From Wickerhamiella versatilis (taxonomy: Eukaryota), in assembly GCA_030867685.1 (NCBI GenBank), contig JAQOWU010000008.1, positions 3,844,001 to 3,908,000 of the forward strand: 64,000 nucleotides of DNA, written 5' to 3'. Under the pieces are notes generated by a model that had not been told where the DNA came from, ran no database searches, and saw only the letters and a list, made by a program, of their open reading frames with translations. The translations under genes were made by a program, and so were the position numbers. Below are positions 8,856 to 19,656 of the stretch, piece by piece. Every line of letters begins with the position of its first letter. The first letter of the stretch is position 1.

Positions 8856-11786
8856 ATGAGCATACTCGAGGTTCCTCTGGAAACGGATGGGGAGGTCCTG
8901 ACTATAGACCTGGACCAAGACCTACCAGATGATCCTAGCGAGATTTGTGTGCTACTAGAAAATGAAAGGTGTGCACCGAAATTTTGGCTGGCATTCGGTA
9001 GCGCCTATTCGCGGCGTGAACAGCCAGAGAACGCTCTCGAGGTTATTCAAAGAGGCTTGGGCGCACCAGTGGTTAATGACGATCCAAATTCCCTCGCTAA
9101 TTTGCAGGCATTTTTGTGCTGGCTTTATCTCAAGCGCATGAGACAATTACCAGTGGCTGAAAAAATCGATGAGTATGGCCGTGCAGTGGATGCTTGTAGT
9201 AAGGCTCTTCAGCAAAATCCTCGCTGCGTTAATGCTTCTCTCGCTCGCGGAGCCATTTCTCTTAGTTCAGGTCAATTTGATGATGCTCTTCAGCCGTTTC
9301 AGTCTGTCCTTGCCGCGACAGGTGATGAGGAAGTCTATGCGAAGGTTGGCAGAGCTCGGGCTCTCTATGCACACAAAAATTATAGAGGTGCTCTGAACTG
9401 GTACCAAAAGGCTTTAAGAGAGGCACCAAATATCAAACCCGATGTAAGACCGGGTATTGGCCTATGCTACTGGCACCTTGGGGATAAGACACGAGCTGCA
9501 ATGGCTTGGGAGCGATCCTTGAGCCTGGGTAACAACGAAGCTGCTCATGCTTTGATGGGAATCTACTTCCTTGACCTGGCATTCCATGCTTATGAGAGTC
9601 AGGTGGATTTTAAATTGACCTATAAGGAGGCTATCCTTCATTTTGAGGAGTCATATCGGCTAAAGCCCAATGGAAGCGGTGCGCTGGGTTTGGCGAGCTT
9701 TTTGTTTTCACGTCATGAAATGCCAAAAGTAAGAATATTGGCTGAGGGTGTTCTCAAATACGCGACATTGCCCCAACTTCAGGCCCAAGCACACTTTTGG
9801 TTAGCACGCGCAGCCCACTATGACGGCGACCTTCAGACCGCGCACAAGAGCTATAGCCAGGCAGTATCACTGGATTCCCATAATGTACCTGCTGCTTTGG
9901 CAAAAGGAATGGTGGAAATATCACTGGACAATGACGCCGAAGCTCTACTCACATTAGAGCAATTGGCACATGCACATCCTCATGATGCAGATGCAGCATT
10001 CTATGCTGGCGTAGTGAATGCTATTCAAGGTCACACCACAGAAGCGGTTTCTAATCTCGAACGATATCTGGCTATTGTGCGTTCTTCGAAGGCCGAAAAA
10101 GATCTTAACCCAGATGCCCTTCTCTGGCTGGCTAGGTTGACGGAGGATGAACCTACCAAGGCCCTAGAGTATATTCGTGATGCCATCAAAAATCAGTCAA
10201 GTTCGTCGAGTGTACTACATTGCAATCATGGTGTTTTAGCTTATTTGTGCAACGAGTATGAAGAAAGCATTAATGCCTTCCAGATAGCTCAAGATGCAGA
10301 TGAAACCAAGCAGTACGCTCCAACCATTGAGTTCAACCTCGCTCGTCTTAATGATGCAACTGGAAAAACTACCGAGGCTTTGCAAGCTTACAAAAAGATT
10401 CTTGAAGAGTATCCGAACTACAGTGAGGCCAAATTGCGTTCACTTTTCTTACATTACCAAGAAGGTGAAAATGTGAATGAAGAGGTTCTTAAACTGGTGG
10501 AGCATGACGCGCGAAACGCAGATGCACGTGCTCTGCAGAGCTGGCTCTTGCACAATGTTTCTGGCGAGGCGGAACAGAAGTCTTTAAAACACACGCTTGT
10601 GGATGTTGATAAGCATGATACTTACGCGCTGGTAGCTATGGGAAATCTCTATTTGAAGGCTGCACGTGATGTACGTATTTCCAAGGATTCTGATGCTGAA
10701 AAGCGCGATAAGTCAAACATGCGAGCTGCAGAATTTTTCGAAAAGGCACTGCAAATTGATCCATTTTGTGCTTATGCCGCCCAAGGTATTGCTATTTTAT
10801 TCGCTGAAACTAAGCGGGGTGACCAAGCTCTAGAGCTTTTCAGACGTGTGCGTGAAACGCTTGATTCGGATCCAGGTGTATTTGTGAATGCTGGACATTG
10901 TTGTATGGAAGTAAAGCAGTACGCAGCTGCAGCTGAGCATTACGAGCAGGCTTTGTTGAGGTCCAGAAGCCCAGATGCAGGACTTTATTCCTTACTTGGC
11001 CGTAGCTGGTTCGCTCGGGGTTCTCAGGCAAAAGACATTGCTGCTCTAATGAAGGCACTTGAGTTTAGCAAGCGCTCACTTGAGTTGCACCCCAAAAATT
11101 CTAGTCTTCGCTTCAATGTGGCCTTTGTTCAATTTCACGTAGCTGATGTGATTCGTCGGTTACCTTCTGAACAGCGTACATCTTCGCAGATTTCGGAAGC
11201 CCGAGAGGGTCTTAATATGGCCATTGAAACGCTCAAGTCGCTCGCTGATGAGCCAAAGCCACCTTTCCCTGCCGAGGACTTGAGGACCCGAGCGTCCATT
11301 GCCGAAGAATCCGTTATGGAGCATCTTGACAGCGCTGCTTATGAGCAGGCAGAATTTGAAAGGGCTTCTGAGGAACGTTTGGAGTTGGCTAGGCAAGCTC
11401 GTGAGAAAGAACTTGCTTCTCACGAGGAGAAGGCGAAGCGATCGCGTGAATTAAGCGAAGAAAAAGAAAAGGAACTGGCAAAGGAGCGTAAGCGACTGTA
11501 TGAGGAAGCACAGCAGTGGGAGGCAGAACGTGCTGCGGAGGCCGAGGCAGACTCAAATGAACCCGAGAAAAAGCGAGCCCGGAAGACCCGTAAAGACGAT
11601 GATTTCATCGCAGATTCTCCTCAACCTTCTCCGCCAAGCTCTCCATCAGAGCCGTCAAAATCCCCTGTTGGTGATAGTCATGCCGAGCCTAGTGAAGAGC
11701 CACCAGAGGAAAAAGTGCGGGAGAAACGACGAAATGTCATCGATGACGATGATGACGATGACGACGAAGTCGATGATCTCTTCTAG
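8856..11786 (+). CDS. CTR9: Paf1 complex TPR subunit
   Basis: N-terminal LPDDPSEICVLLENE motif, long TPR array, YAAQGIAILFAE, FNVAFVQF, charged C-terminal tail. First ATG at 8856. Confidence 0.93.
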   Translation: MSILEVPLETDGEVLTIDLDQDLPDDPSEICVLLENERCAPKFWLAFGSAYSRREQPENALEVIQRGLGAPVVNDDPNSLANLQAFLCWLYLKRMRQLPVAEKIDEYGRAVDACSKALQQNPRCVNASLARGAISLSSGQFDDALQPFQSVLAATGDEEVYAKVGRARALYAHKNYRGALNWYQKALREAPNIKPDVRPGIGLCYWHLGDKTRAAMAWERSLSLGNNEAAHALMGIYFLDLAFHAYESQVDFKLTYKEAILHFEESYRLKPNGSGALGLASFLFSRHEMPKVRILAEGVLKYATLPQLQAQAHFWLARAAHYDGDLQTAHKSYSQAVSLDSHNVPAALAKGMVEISLDNDAEALLTLEQLAHAHPHDADAAFYAGVVNAIQGHTTEAVSNLERYLAIVRSSKAEKDLNPDALLWLARLTEDEPTKALEYIRDAIKNQSSSSSVLHCNHGVLAYLCNEYEESINAFQIAQDADETKQYAPTIEFNLARLNDATGKTTEALQAYKKILEEYPNYSEAKLRSLFLHYQEGENVNEEVLKLVEHDARNADARALQSWLLHNVSGEAEQKSLKHTLVDVDKHDTYALVAMGNLYLKAARDVRISKDSDAEKRDKSNMRAAEFFEKALQIDPFCAYAAQGIAILFAETKRGDQALELFRRVRETLDSDPGVFVNAGHCCMEVKQYAAAAEHYEQALLRSRSPDAGLYSLLGRSWFARGSQAKDIAALMKALEFSKRSLELHPKNSSLRFNVAFVQFHVADVIRRLPSEQRTSSQISEAREGLNMAIETLKSLADEPKPPFPAEDLRTRASIAEESVMEHLDSAAYEQAEFERASEERLELARQAREKELASHEEKAKRSRELSEEKEKELAKERKRLYEEAQQWEAERAAEAEADSNEPEKKRARKTRKDDDFIADSPQPSPPSSPSEPSKSPVGDSHAEPSEEPPEEKVREKRRNVIDDDDDDDDEVDDLF

Positions 11787-11853
11787 ATACATGTATTTTT
11801 TAATATTCTAATTAAGAGGATGCTATGTTTTTCTTTATTAGGTCGAAGGAAAA

Positions 11854-12372
11854 CTAATTAGGATACAAGTTTCCACGACAGGGCTTGGGAGGATCACCTG
11901 TGAGAGGCTCATGCTCAACTGTACCTACCTCCCAGTATTTTACGTTGTTGGAAAAGAATCTTATCCAGCCTCTAATCATTTCATGCTCTTCCTCAGAAAG
12001 GCCTCTAAGATCGTGGGTGAGATCGGAAGCGAAGCAGCCAGTTGCAAATGCTCTAGCCGCGTCCCGACCACTGAAGAAGCGATATGCTCCTAACGGCCCA
12101 TATACATCTGGTCGTGCACTCACATCAAATACACTTCCATTGATAGCAAGATATATGGGTAGTGCTGGGTCGCTACCATCATATTTAGAAAGCTCTTCCT
12201 CACGAAAAATCTGTGGACTATCAAAAAGACGGAATTGGATATAATGAGTATTTGTCCACCGAGTCTCATATCCCCAAAGCCAGTTCCCGGTCACGTAGTA
12301 GCTCAGAGCAAAAAAAACCACAACAAAGCTCAGGAACGTTTGCCATGGAGACAGCTCGGTGCGTTGGGACAT
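11854..12372 (-). CDS. Membrane-anchored cytochrome b5-like heme/steroid-binding protein (MAPR family)
   Basis: N-terminal TM; EELSKYDGSDP..PIYLAINGSVFDVS, YGPLGAYRFFSGRDAARAF.TG. Confidence 0.88.
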   Translation of the reverse strand: MSQRTELSPWQTFLSFVVVFFALSYYVTGNWLWGYETRWTNTHYIQFRLFDSPQIFREEELSKYDGSDPALPIYLAINGSVFDVSARPDVYGPLGAYRFFSGRDAARAFATGCFASDLTHDLRGLSEEEHEMIRGWIRFFSNNVKYWEVGTVEHEPLTGDPPKPCRGNLYPN

Positions 12373-12524
12373 TATGATCTGTCTTTCTAGCTCTTATAAT
12401 TGTAACGGGTAACAACCAGTCACTAGTTTATTGGCGTCACAGCGACAAATTAATAAGCTCTGGTGATTCAGGCTCAAGCTGGAATAAGACGATGATGTAA
12501 GTGTTACCCCGCTTTTTGACAGAG

Positions 12525-13601
12525 ATGTTAATTGAAAAAGCATTCACTTACCCTGCATCTTGGCCTCGGTCCACGAAAGACTCACTACTTTACTCAGATG
12601 CTCGCCTCGATGTTGCATATTCAATATGGCATGACAGTGATCACTTACCTGAAGAGCCACGCCATACGAAGATGAATATCGTATTTTTGCATGGCTCACA
12701 ATTTGTGAGGCAAATTTGGAATTACATGGTAGAACTTGCGTTTAAAGAGTTTGGGTCAGACATTGACAAATGTATAACTATAGATGCTGTCACCCATGGA
12801 GATTCTGCATTGCTTAATGCAGAGAAAGTAAATTATTTTGCCGCTTGGGATGATCTAGGACGAGATGCTGGTGAAATCATTAAGCATCTGCGTGAAACTG
12901 GGGAAATTGAGGGCCCTGTAGTGATCTATGGTCATTCGATGGGAGGTTCTTCGGCACTCGTCCTAGCTGGACTCCATCCGGCTTTGGTTCAAGGAGTTGT
13001 CGTGATGGATCCAGTTTGGGGAGGAACTGAGGGACAATTTGACAATATTGAAATTCCTACTAAACTGGCGAGTGCTGTCTATCGTAATGCTCGTGAAACG
13101 TTTAAATCGCATGAAGATTATTTGCACTTCATGAACCGAATGTTTATATCCTCTAAATTCCATCCACGAATTAAAAAGGATATGACTGCTCATTTGGGAG
13201 TGCAGACCTCGGATGGTGTATGGCGGATGAAACAGAGTCGAGCCCTCCAGGCTGGTGCGTATTACTCCGTGAGAAGCGTGGCTCATTTTGGCAATACATT
13301 ATTCCGGAATGTGCGTCAGCCTTCGTTAATTATTCATGGCGATATCGAAGACTGGAATCCGAAAGGAAGTAACGAATTGCTTGAAACTGTTCTACCTCAT
13401 GCCGAGCGCGTTGTTATGACTGGTGGTGGCCATCTAATAATGTTTCAAAAACCTGAAGAGTGCTTTTCGATGTCGATTCCTTTCCTGAGGCGTACTCTTC
13501 AGCAAGCACAGAAAACATCTGGAACTGGTTACCTGAGTCCTTCTACAAATAAAAACTTCGAGTCAATGGTTCAAATCAACAGCCAAGGCTCAAAGCTTTA
13601 A
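12525..13601 (+). CDS. Peroxisomal alpha/beta hydrolase, Lpx1-like
   Basis: FLHG, D...HGDSA, nucleophile GHSMGG, catalytic His in GGHL, C-terminal PTS1 -SKL. First ATG at 12525. Confidence 0.85.
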   Translation: MLIEKAFTYPASWPRSTKDSLLYSDARLDVAYSIWHDSDHLPEEPRHTKMNIVFLHGSQFVRQIWNYMVELAFKEFGSDIDKCITIDAVTHGDSALLNAEKVNYFAAWDDLGRDAGEIIKHLRETGEIEGPVVIYGHSMGGSSALVLAGLHPALVQGVVVMDPVWGGTEGQFDNIEIPTKLASAVYRNARETFKSHEDYLHFMNRMFISSKFHPRIKKDMTAHLGVQTSDGVWRMKQSRALQAGAYYSVRSVAHFGNTLFRNVRQPSLIIHGDIEDWNPKGSNELLETVLPHAERVVMTGGGHLIMFQKPEECFSMSIPFLRRTLQQAQKTSGTGYLSPSTNKNFESMVQINSQGSKL

Positions 13602-13723
13602 TCCGTTGGACGTACTGAAAGTAGGTTGTTCGCATGGAGACAAGTGTCCCTTTTTTATGACCATAGAATAAAGCTTTTCCGACATAGTATCTCTATCACT
13701 GTCAACCTAATTATGTACATTTT

Positions 13724-14878
13724 TTAATTCTTCTTAGACTTGGGGCGTATTTGAATATATCTGCTTTGCTCTGCGATCTCAGCATCGTTCTTCTGCTGTC
13801 GGGACCGGTAATCCTCTTCAGCCTTTTTCTCAGCCTTTTCTTGGGCGTCCTCATACCTCTGCCGGAGAGCACCCCTAATTGTTTGCGCCTCCTTTTTGTG
13901 AGAAGCAGGCATCCTGGCATTGATTTGTTCCTGCTCTTCCGCCGTTACCAATGGGGACAAGCCAATTTTTCTCCGAACCCACGACGATTTCAATAATTGC
14001 GACTGTACAATCGAAACAACACCATTAATAGCAAAATAAAATACCACACACGAAGGTAAGCTCATTGTGAGAGGTACCGCTATGAAAGGCATCCACAGAA
14101 ACACCTTCTTCATAACAGGCGACAACTGGTTAGCACCAGTCTCACCACCAAAAAACCTGAAAGTCAAGGAGTACAGTACAGCAGTAATTATTTGCAAACC
14201 TGCATATGGATCAGCAACTGCGAGGTTCGTAAACCAGGCAAAACCATCCGTAGAGAGGCCGGCAACGTTTGCTCCCGCCATGCCATTCAGTGACCCAAAT
14301 ACACCAATAAAAATAGGCACTGCGAGAAGCGGTTTTGCCATACTAAGCACACTGATATTTTTCTCCTTCATCAGGTTACGACGCGCAAGCATTGCCTGCT
14401 GGATTTCAACCTGTTCGGTGGCATGCTTAGTTGTCTCCATAATTGCAGTTAGTTCAGGCTTTATACGGGCCATCTTAGCTGAATTATCAGAGGAACTTGT
14501 GTACAACGGAAACATAAATACACGAGTCACGAGAGTTACAGTCAGAATGGTGGCCCACCACGGAAGTCCTGTGTAAACATGTGCCATTTCAAATATATGC
14601 TGGAAAAATCCAGTAGGTGAAAACCACGACTGAGCAAGACCAATACTCTGAAAATATCCAATTTGGTCTGCAGCTACCGCAGGTACGGTTCCAGAGGGGT
14701 CTACCTCAGCAGCCTTTTGTCCGATGTTTGAAATCTGCGTGGAAATGTCGCTCTTGAAACGCACTCCTAGAGGTTTTGACGGGATCCTCAGCTGTTTCAT
14801 AAGGCTGTGAGGTGCCAACTGCCCTCGCGGCAACACCAGCGTCCGGGCTATTTGCGGACGCAGAAGCATTAAGGACAT
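13724..14878 (-). CDS. OXA1: Mitochondrial inner-membrane insertase (YidC/Oxa1)
   Basis: Basic presequence; HVYTGLPWWATI; WFTNLAVADPY; multiple TMs; basic C-terminal tail. Confidence 0.93.
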   Translation of the reverse strand: MSLMLLRPQIARTLVLPRGQLAPHSLMKQLRIPSKPLGVRFKSDISTQISNIGQKAAEVDPSGTVPAVAADQIGYFQSIGLAQSWFSPTGFFQHIFEMAHVYTGLPWWATILTVTLVTRVFMFPLYTSSSDNSAKMARIKPELTAIMETTKHATEQVEIQQAMLARRNLMKEKNISVLSMAKPLLAVPIFIGVFGSLNGMAGANVAGLSTDGFAWFTNLAVADPYAGLQIITAVLYSLTFRFFGGETGANQLSPVMKKVFLWMPFIAVPLTMSLPSCVVFYFAINGVVSIVQSQLLKSSWVRRKIGLSPLVTAEEQEQINARMPASHKKEAQTIRGALRQRYEDAQEKAEKKAEEDYRSRQQKNDAEIAEQSRYIQIRPKSKKN

Positions 14879-14966
14879 TTTCTGCTGAGTAACGATTCGT
14901 ACTGGCTGTTCACCCCATTGAAGGACCGTGGCGAACTAAAGGTTCTGAGAACTTGCTAGTGTAAGG

Positions 14967-15581
14967 ATGCAAAAGGCAGATTTTAAAAGTATTGTCATTG
15001 ATCCATATATTGTCGAGGAATTTCTTGGTAGTAAAGATAGTGAAAGTCATCGGTTTAAATCTCGGGCACCTATTGAATTACCCTCACTAAATCCAGAGGG
15101 ACCTGTTGAGCAGGTAGAGGACCCAGATGCAGTAACATTAGATTTTGCGAGGGAGTGGGTCAAGAAGGGGGCGAGCGTCAACCCAGTTCGATCAGAGGGG
15201 TGCGAGACGTATGAGGATGAAGCAGTTCTTGATACAATTCCCGAAACTCCAGATACAAATGTGCATGCGCTAAGAAATGCAGATATTAAATTGGGTGATA
15301 CTCATTTTGTAGCAGTTGTGGAAGACACGGAACCAGAAATCTGCCTGTTTTGTCTCGCGGACCGCACAGCTCTTTGTCCATATTGTGATGTGGGAGATAA
15401 CGAGGCTGAGGAGGTGCATAAGTGTGTAGTAGAGTTTTCTGAATGTGGTCATGGTGTTCATAAACACTGTATGGATAATTGGCGGTCACAAGGAACCTGC
15501 CCATTGTGCAAACAAAAGTGGAGCACTAAGAGTTATTCGCATTGCCTTTATGACCCCAGCACATTAGAAGTGCAGTATTGA
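14967..15581 (+). CDS. RING-H2 protein, Apc11/Rbx1-like C-terminal domain with an acidic N-terminal extension
   Basis: CLFC.......CPYC...C.......CGHGVHKHCMDNW.....CPLCKQKW. Confidence 0.75.
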   Translation: MQKADFKSIVIDPYIVEEFLGSKDSESHRFKSRAPIELPSLNPEGPVEQVEDPDAVTLDFAREWVKKGASVNPVRSEGCETYEDEAVLDTIPETPDTNVHALRNADIKLGDTHFVAVVEDTEPEICLFCLADRTALCPYCDVGDNEAEEVHKCVVEFSECGHGVHKHCMDNWRSQGTCPLCKQKWSTKSYSHCLYDPSTLEVQY

Positions 15582-15731
15582 AAAAAAAACGTTTTAATGG
15601 TTCTCTAAGTTATATATTTCTATGCAAAAATTCTATTCACGCGAAATTGTTGTGAAATACAGGCGACCTGTAGTGAGTAAGCTAAGCTGGCTGGCTGTCA
15701 AAGAGAAATCGGAAGAGCTGTAGGGAATGCG

Positions 15732-16952
15732 ATGCTAAGATCACTTTCGGGTGCAATTCGGCACGTTCATACCGGACATACAAACATTCTGGATGAGCTT
15801 CCTGTCGAATTTATGCAGGTATCAGAGCGAAAGTTCACAAGCATCTATAACATAGTTAAAGAGAAGCGTAACCCCCTTCTATCTCACCTCTTTATCCATT
15901 CCCAGGTCCCACGTAGAAAACGTCCTATACAGAATCATCTTGATCGTAGCCTGGGGCTGTACATCAGCCAAAATGACTGTGAAAGTGCATTGGCGTTTCT
16001 TCGGGACGTGGAAATCGCGAATAAGGGCTCTATTCAGATGAGCTATGATACTCTAGAGTCACTACTACTCGCAGCAAAATACCAAAACGATGCAGATACT
16101 GCTTGGCAATGTGCACAGGTTATGTCCCAGTTGTACCCGTCTGGTATATACTCGCGGACGTGGTGCCTTCTTTTGTCAGTGGTTTTAAGCCAGGAGCATT
16201 ACGAAGCTCTTTTGTGGATACATAAGGAAGCTTGTGTGCCTGGGTACGTCATTTTGGATGACCACTCGTACCTCTGCATGGCACGCATAGCATCGAAGCA
16301 TGGAGATTTGTCGCTCTGCCGGTGGGCCGCACTCAAAATGCGCCGGAGGCAAAGGGAATTAGGTGTGGTGGACCCAGAATCTACCCTAAAGCTGTTTATT
16401 CATTTAGTTGAAGCCTCGGCCTCGGCCTCCTCGGCTCGCTTCAACCAGGACCAGGTGTTCGTGGATAAGCCGGGACCACCTACAATACGAGCTGCTTTCC
16501 GGTTTTTTGTACGACTTGGAGACACAGCGGCCCGAGTCAGTGCAGGCCAATTGCCCGAAATGGTGGAGTCATTGAGGTGCGTTAAAAATCAGCAGTATGC
16601 TATAGGTATCTTCGAGAAAATGTGCGGTGACCCCACTTCCAACGAGTTGGTGCGGATTCTCCTCCTTAACGTCCTCTTAAAGGCTGTCCCCGATGCGGAG
16701 GCTCGCAACCTTCTGTCGCTGGCACAGCAAACCGGCGTGCGTTATAATGAAGAGACTGTCCTGCTCCTGATAGATATGGCAACACGAGACTGTGACGATG
16801 CTGCCATTGAACGGCTTGCACGAGAGCAGCCATCTCTCCGCGTGATTAATGCTGCGATGCGAGCAGCATATGCAGTAGGTAGTGATGAGTTACGCCAAAC
16901 TATTTCCCACATTGCAGACGGGGCTAATGTGAGAGTGAAATGCCCACCATGA
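15732..16952 (+). CDS. Putative mitochondrial helical-repeat (PPR-like) protein
   Basis: Presequence-like MLRSLSGAIRHV; repeated helical segments; 406-aa ORF. Function is inferred. Confidence 0.55.
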   Translation: MLRSLSGAIRHVHTGHTNILDELPVEFMQVSERKFTSIYNIVKEKRNPLLSHLFIHSQVPRRKRPIQNHLDRSLGLYISQNDCESALAFLRDVEIANKGSIQMSYDTLESLLLAAKYQNDADTAWQCAQVMSQLYPSGIYSRTWCLLLSVVLSQEHYEALLWIHKEACVPGYVILDDHSYLCMARIASKHGDLSLCRWAALKMRRRQRELGVVDPESTLKLFIHLVEASASASSARFNQDQVFVDKPGPPTIRAAFRFFVRLGDTAARVSAGQLPEMVESLRCVKNQQYAIGIFEKMCGDPTSNELVRILLLNVLLKAVPDAEARNLLSLAQQTGVRYNEETVLLLIDMATRDCDDAAIERLAREQPSLRVINAAMRAAYAVGSDELRQTISHIADGANVRVKCPP

Positions 16953-17288
16953 TAATATAATTGTTTTGGCAAAGGAATTGAGATTGGAATTGGAAAGTAA
17001 AGCCTACGTGCTCGCTTACTCGAATGTACATAATGAAAGCTCTTAATCTAAGCACTTAAGGCGTAGCCGCAAACAGACAATAAAAGAGAGATAAGGGTAT
17101 CGCACCATTCACAAAATCTGCTCAAATTTTCGATTTGTTTTTTATTTTTGTTTTGCTAAAACAGCAGCATACTGTGTGAATCAGTGCACTTACCCTGTAT
17201 TTTAATAAGCCTGGCTATTCCTGCAATATTATATTACTAATCGGTTTATTTACTTTTTGAGCGCGCACCACACCATCCACACACTGGC

Positions 17289-18923
17289 ATGCCACCAGCC
17301 ACAGGACAATCATCTATGCATGTGGCTGTGAGAGTCAGGCCATTCACGGATGATGAGATAGATGAGCAGAGGCCTCGTAGAAAATTACGCAACGACTTCT
17401 ATGAGGACAACCAGCCACAAGGTGAAAGTGTGCATAGCATTGTGGACGTGGTAGATGAGAATATGATCGTTTTCAATCCCAAGCGAACGCAGAGGAATAA
17501 GGCAGCTTGTGGAAATGCATGTCGAACCAAGGAGCAAAACTATATGTTTGACCACGTATATGACATGAACGCTTCGCAAACCAATGTGTACAATTCCATC
17601 GGAAGACCTCTTTTGGACGGGGTCATGGATGGCTATAATGCATCAATTTTTGCATATGGTACCACAGGTTGTGGAAAAACTCACACAATTTCTGGCACGC
17701 CCGAGAGTCCTGGGATTATTTTCCTGTCAATGCAGGACTTGTTTTCCCGGATTGAAAGTCTGAAGGACCGGTTCTCAATCTCAGTTACGGTGTCCTACCT
17801 GCAGATATACAACGAGACAATCCAGGACCTGCTCGCCCCGGACACAACCGCCTCACTAGAGCTGCGGGAGGGGCTCGACAAGGGCATTATTGTGACCAAT
17901 TTAAGCGCCCAAACCCCGAAATCTGCGGAGGAGGTGGCAGAAATTGTCCGCACCGGTAACGCCAATCGTGCTGTTGCTGCGACCCAGTCCAATGCGGTGT
18001 CCTCAAGGTCGCATGCCGTCCTTATGGTCCGAGTTCAACAAAGAGACCGCGATGGCGGCACCTCAGAAGAGCACCGTACATCGATACTTAGTATCATTGA
18101 CCTTGCTGGTAGCGAGCGAGCATCATCAGGCTGTAGAAAAGGTGCTAGATTTGTGGAAGGTGCAAATATTAATCGCTCCCTACTGGCATTGGGCAACTGT
18201 ATCAACGCATTGGGCCGACGGCCAGGAGGTCGCCTGGCTCACGTGCCATATCGTGACTCAAAGCTAACCCGGCTACTCAAATTCAGCTTGGGAGGAAATT
18301 GTAGAACGGCTATGATTGTATGTGTGTCCCCATCAGTGCGCAACTACGAGGAGACGCTGAACACATTAAATTATGGACAGAGGGCCCGAAACATTCGAAC
18401 TAAGGTTCGACGCAATGCACTAAATGTGGATCAGCATGTTGCAGCGTACTGCAAGAAGATCTCTGAGCAGCAGTCTGATATTGCACAGCTTCGAGAAATC
18501 AACAAGTCCCTTGTTGAGAACGCACGGACAGCACTGAATAGTGCCCAAATAAAGACCGAGATGCGTCTACTTCTACCCTGGCGAGACACAGTCATTCCAC
18601 GTCTCGGCCTGGAGCCTGGGTCCGAAGAGCGGTTCCGGAATATCATAAATAAAAGACTGAATGAGCTCGAGTCTGCCCTTCCGTCAACAGAGAAGTTCCC
18701 TATAGAACCAACTCGGCCGTTAAAGGAGACCGAACTTACGGTGGCTTCGCTGGTGTCAGCCCTCGCAGAATGTCACATTGGCGTAAGCCTCAGTCCAAAG
18801 CGCATCCGCAGCAGGCCCACCTCAGGCCCATCGCCTGGGAACAACGTGAAAAGAAGCCGTCGGTCCTCAATAGCATCTCCCCACATATCCCAGCTCGAGC
18901 TAGGATCCCCCATGAAGCAATGA
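17289..18923 (+). CDS. KIP3: Kinesin-8 family motor
   Basis: VAVRVRP, P-loop GTTGCGKTHT, SSRSHA, IDLAGSERA, EGANINRSLLALGNCINAL, HVPYRDSKLTRLLKFSLGGNC. Confidence 0.9.
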   Translation: MPPATGQSSMHVAVRVRPFTDDEIDEQRPRRKLRNDFYEDNQPQGESVHSIVDVVDENMIVFNPKRTQRNKAACGNACRTKEQNYMFDHVYDMNASQTNVYNSIGRPLLDGVMDGYNASIFAYGTTGCGKTHTISGTPESPGIIFLSMQDLFSRIESLKDRFSISVTVSYLQIYNETIQDLLAPDTTASLELREGLDKGIIVTNLSAQTPKSAEEVAEIVRTGNANRAVAATQSNAVSSRSHAVLMVRVQQRDRDGGTSEEHRTSILSIIDLAGSERASSGCRKGARFVEGANINRSLLALGNCINALGRRPGGRLAHVPYRDSKLTRLLKFSLGGNCRTAMIVCVSPSVRNYEETLNTLNYGQRARNIRTKVRRNALNVDQHVAAYCKKISEQQSDIAQLREINKSLVENARTALNSAQIKTEMRLLLPWRDTVIPRLGLEPGSEERFRNIINKRLNELESALPSTEKFPIEPTRPLKETELTVASLVSALAECHIGVSLSPKRIRSRPTSGPSPGNNVKRSRRSSIASPHISQLELGSPMKQ

Positions 18924-19297
18924 TCCTCTTTTTTTTGGCGGTTCTCTCAGTGATTCTCTTATATTTATTTCCAGCATTTTTTTTCTCTCTACTCTGGCTA
19001 TACGAGAGTTCTTACGTATGTTTATTAGTGTCAGACAAAGGAATTGTACGAAGAGTATTTGGTCGGGTGTCACCGTGGCACGCCTGCAGTGATATAAACA
19101 CAACCTGCGCACACACCCACACCCACCCACGCACGTCTACCGAGGTCTCGATCTCTATTAGTCAGGTATCGGTTTCGAGCAATCAGATGGCAAACCAGAT
19201 TCTCTCGATTGTGTCCCCATTAATGAGCATCTTAAGTGCACTAGTCTAGCCTACAAGTTTTGCTTCTAGTGTGATCATGGGGTGTAAATTTAGGCAA

Positions 19298-19656
19298 CCC
19301 CACATCTTCCCCGCTAATCGCAAAATATACCTCATCTCGGAAAATGGTCTTACTTAGTAATATTCATCATCGATGCGAAACACCTAACCCATCTATTTCA
19401 CTGTCACCGCGAGCGAGGGTGTCGTTTCCACAAGCTGCTTTGGGCCGGTGTCTCATGCAATATATCCAACCTATTGCCGGTTACATTTAGAAACTTTACC
19501 AGATCTGTTAATTTAACTTGGAGGCGAGCAATTCCCCCCGCTTGCCAGCCCACTAAAATTTTTATCTCGGCCTAAACTCCGAACCCGCGAGTCAACAGTA
19601 GTCATCGCAGGGTCTCGTTCCAAAAAGCTCTATATTACATAAGCGAAAAGGTGGGG
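19298..19656. promoter_or_regulatory. Cluster of Mig1/CreA-type SYGGGG boxes in the MIG1 promoter
   Basis: CCCCAC 19298-19303, CCCCGC 19309-19314, CCCCGC 19536-19541, GTGGGG 19651-19656. Confidence 0.55.

Noticed and set aside
18770-19249. 159-aa ORF overlapping the KIP3 end
   Set aside because: The hydrophobic stretch derives from T-rich terminator sequence; no frameshift signal or homology evident.
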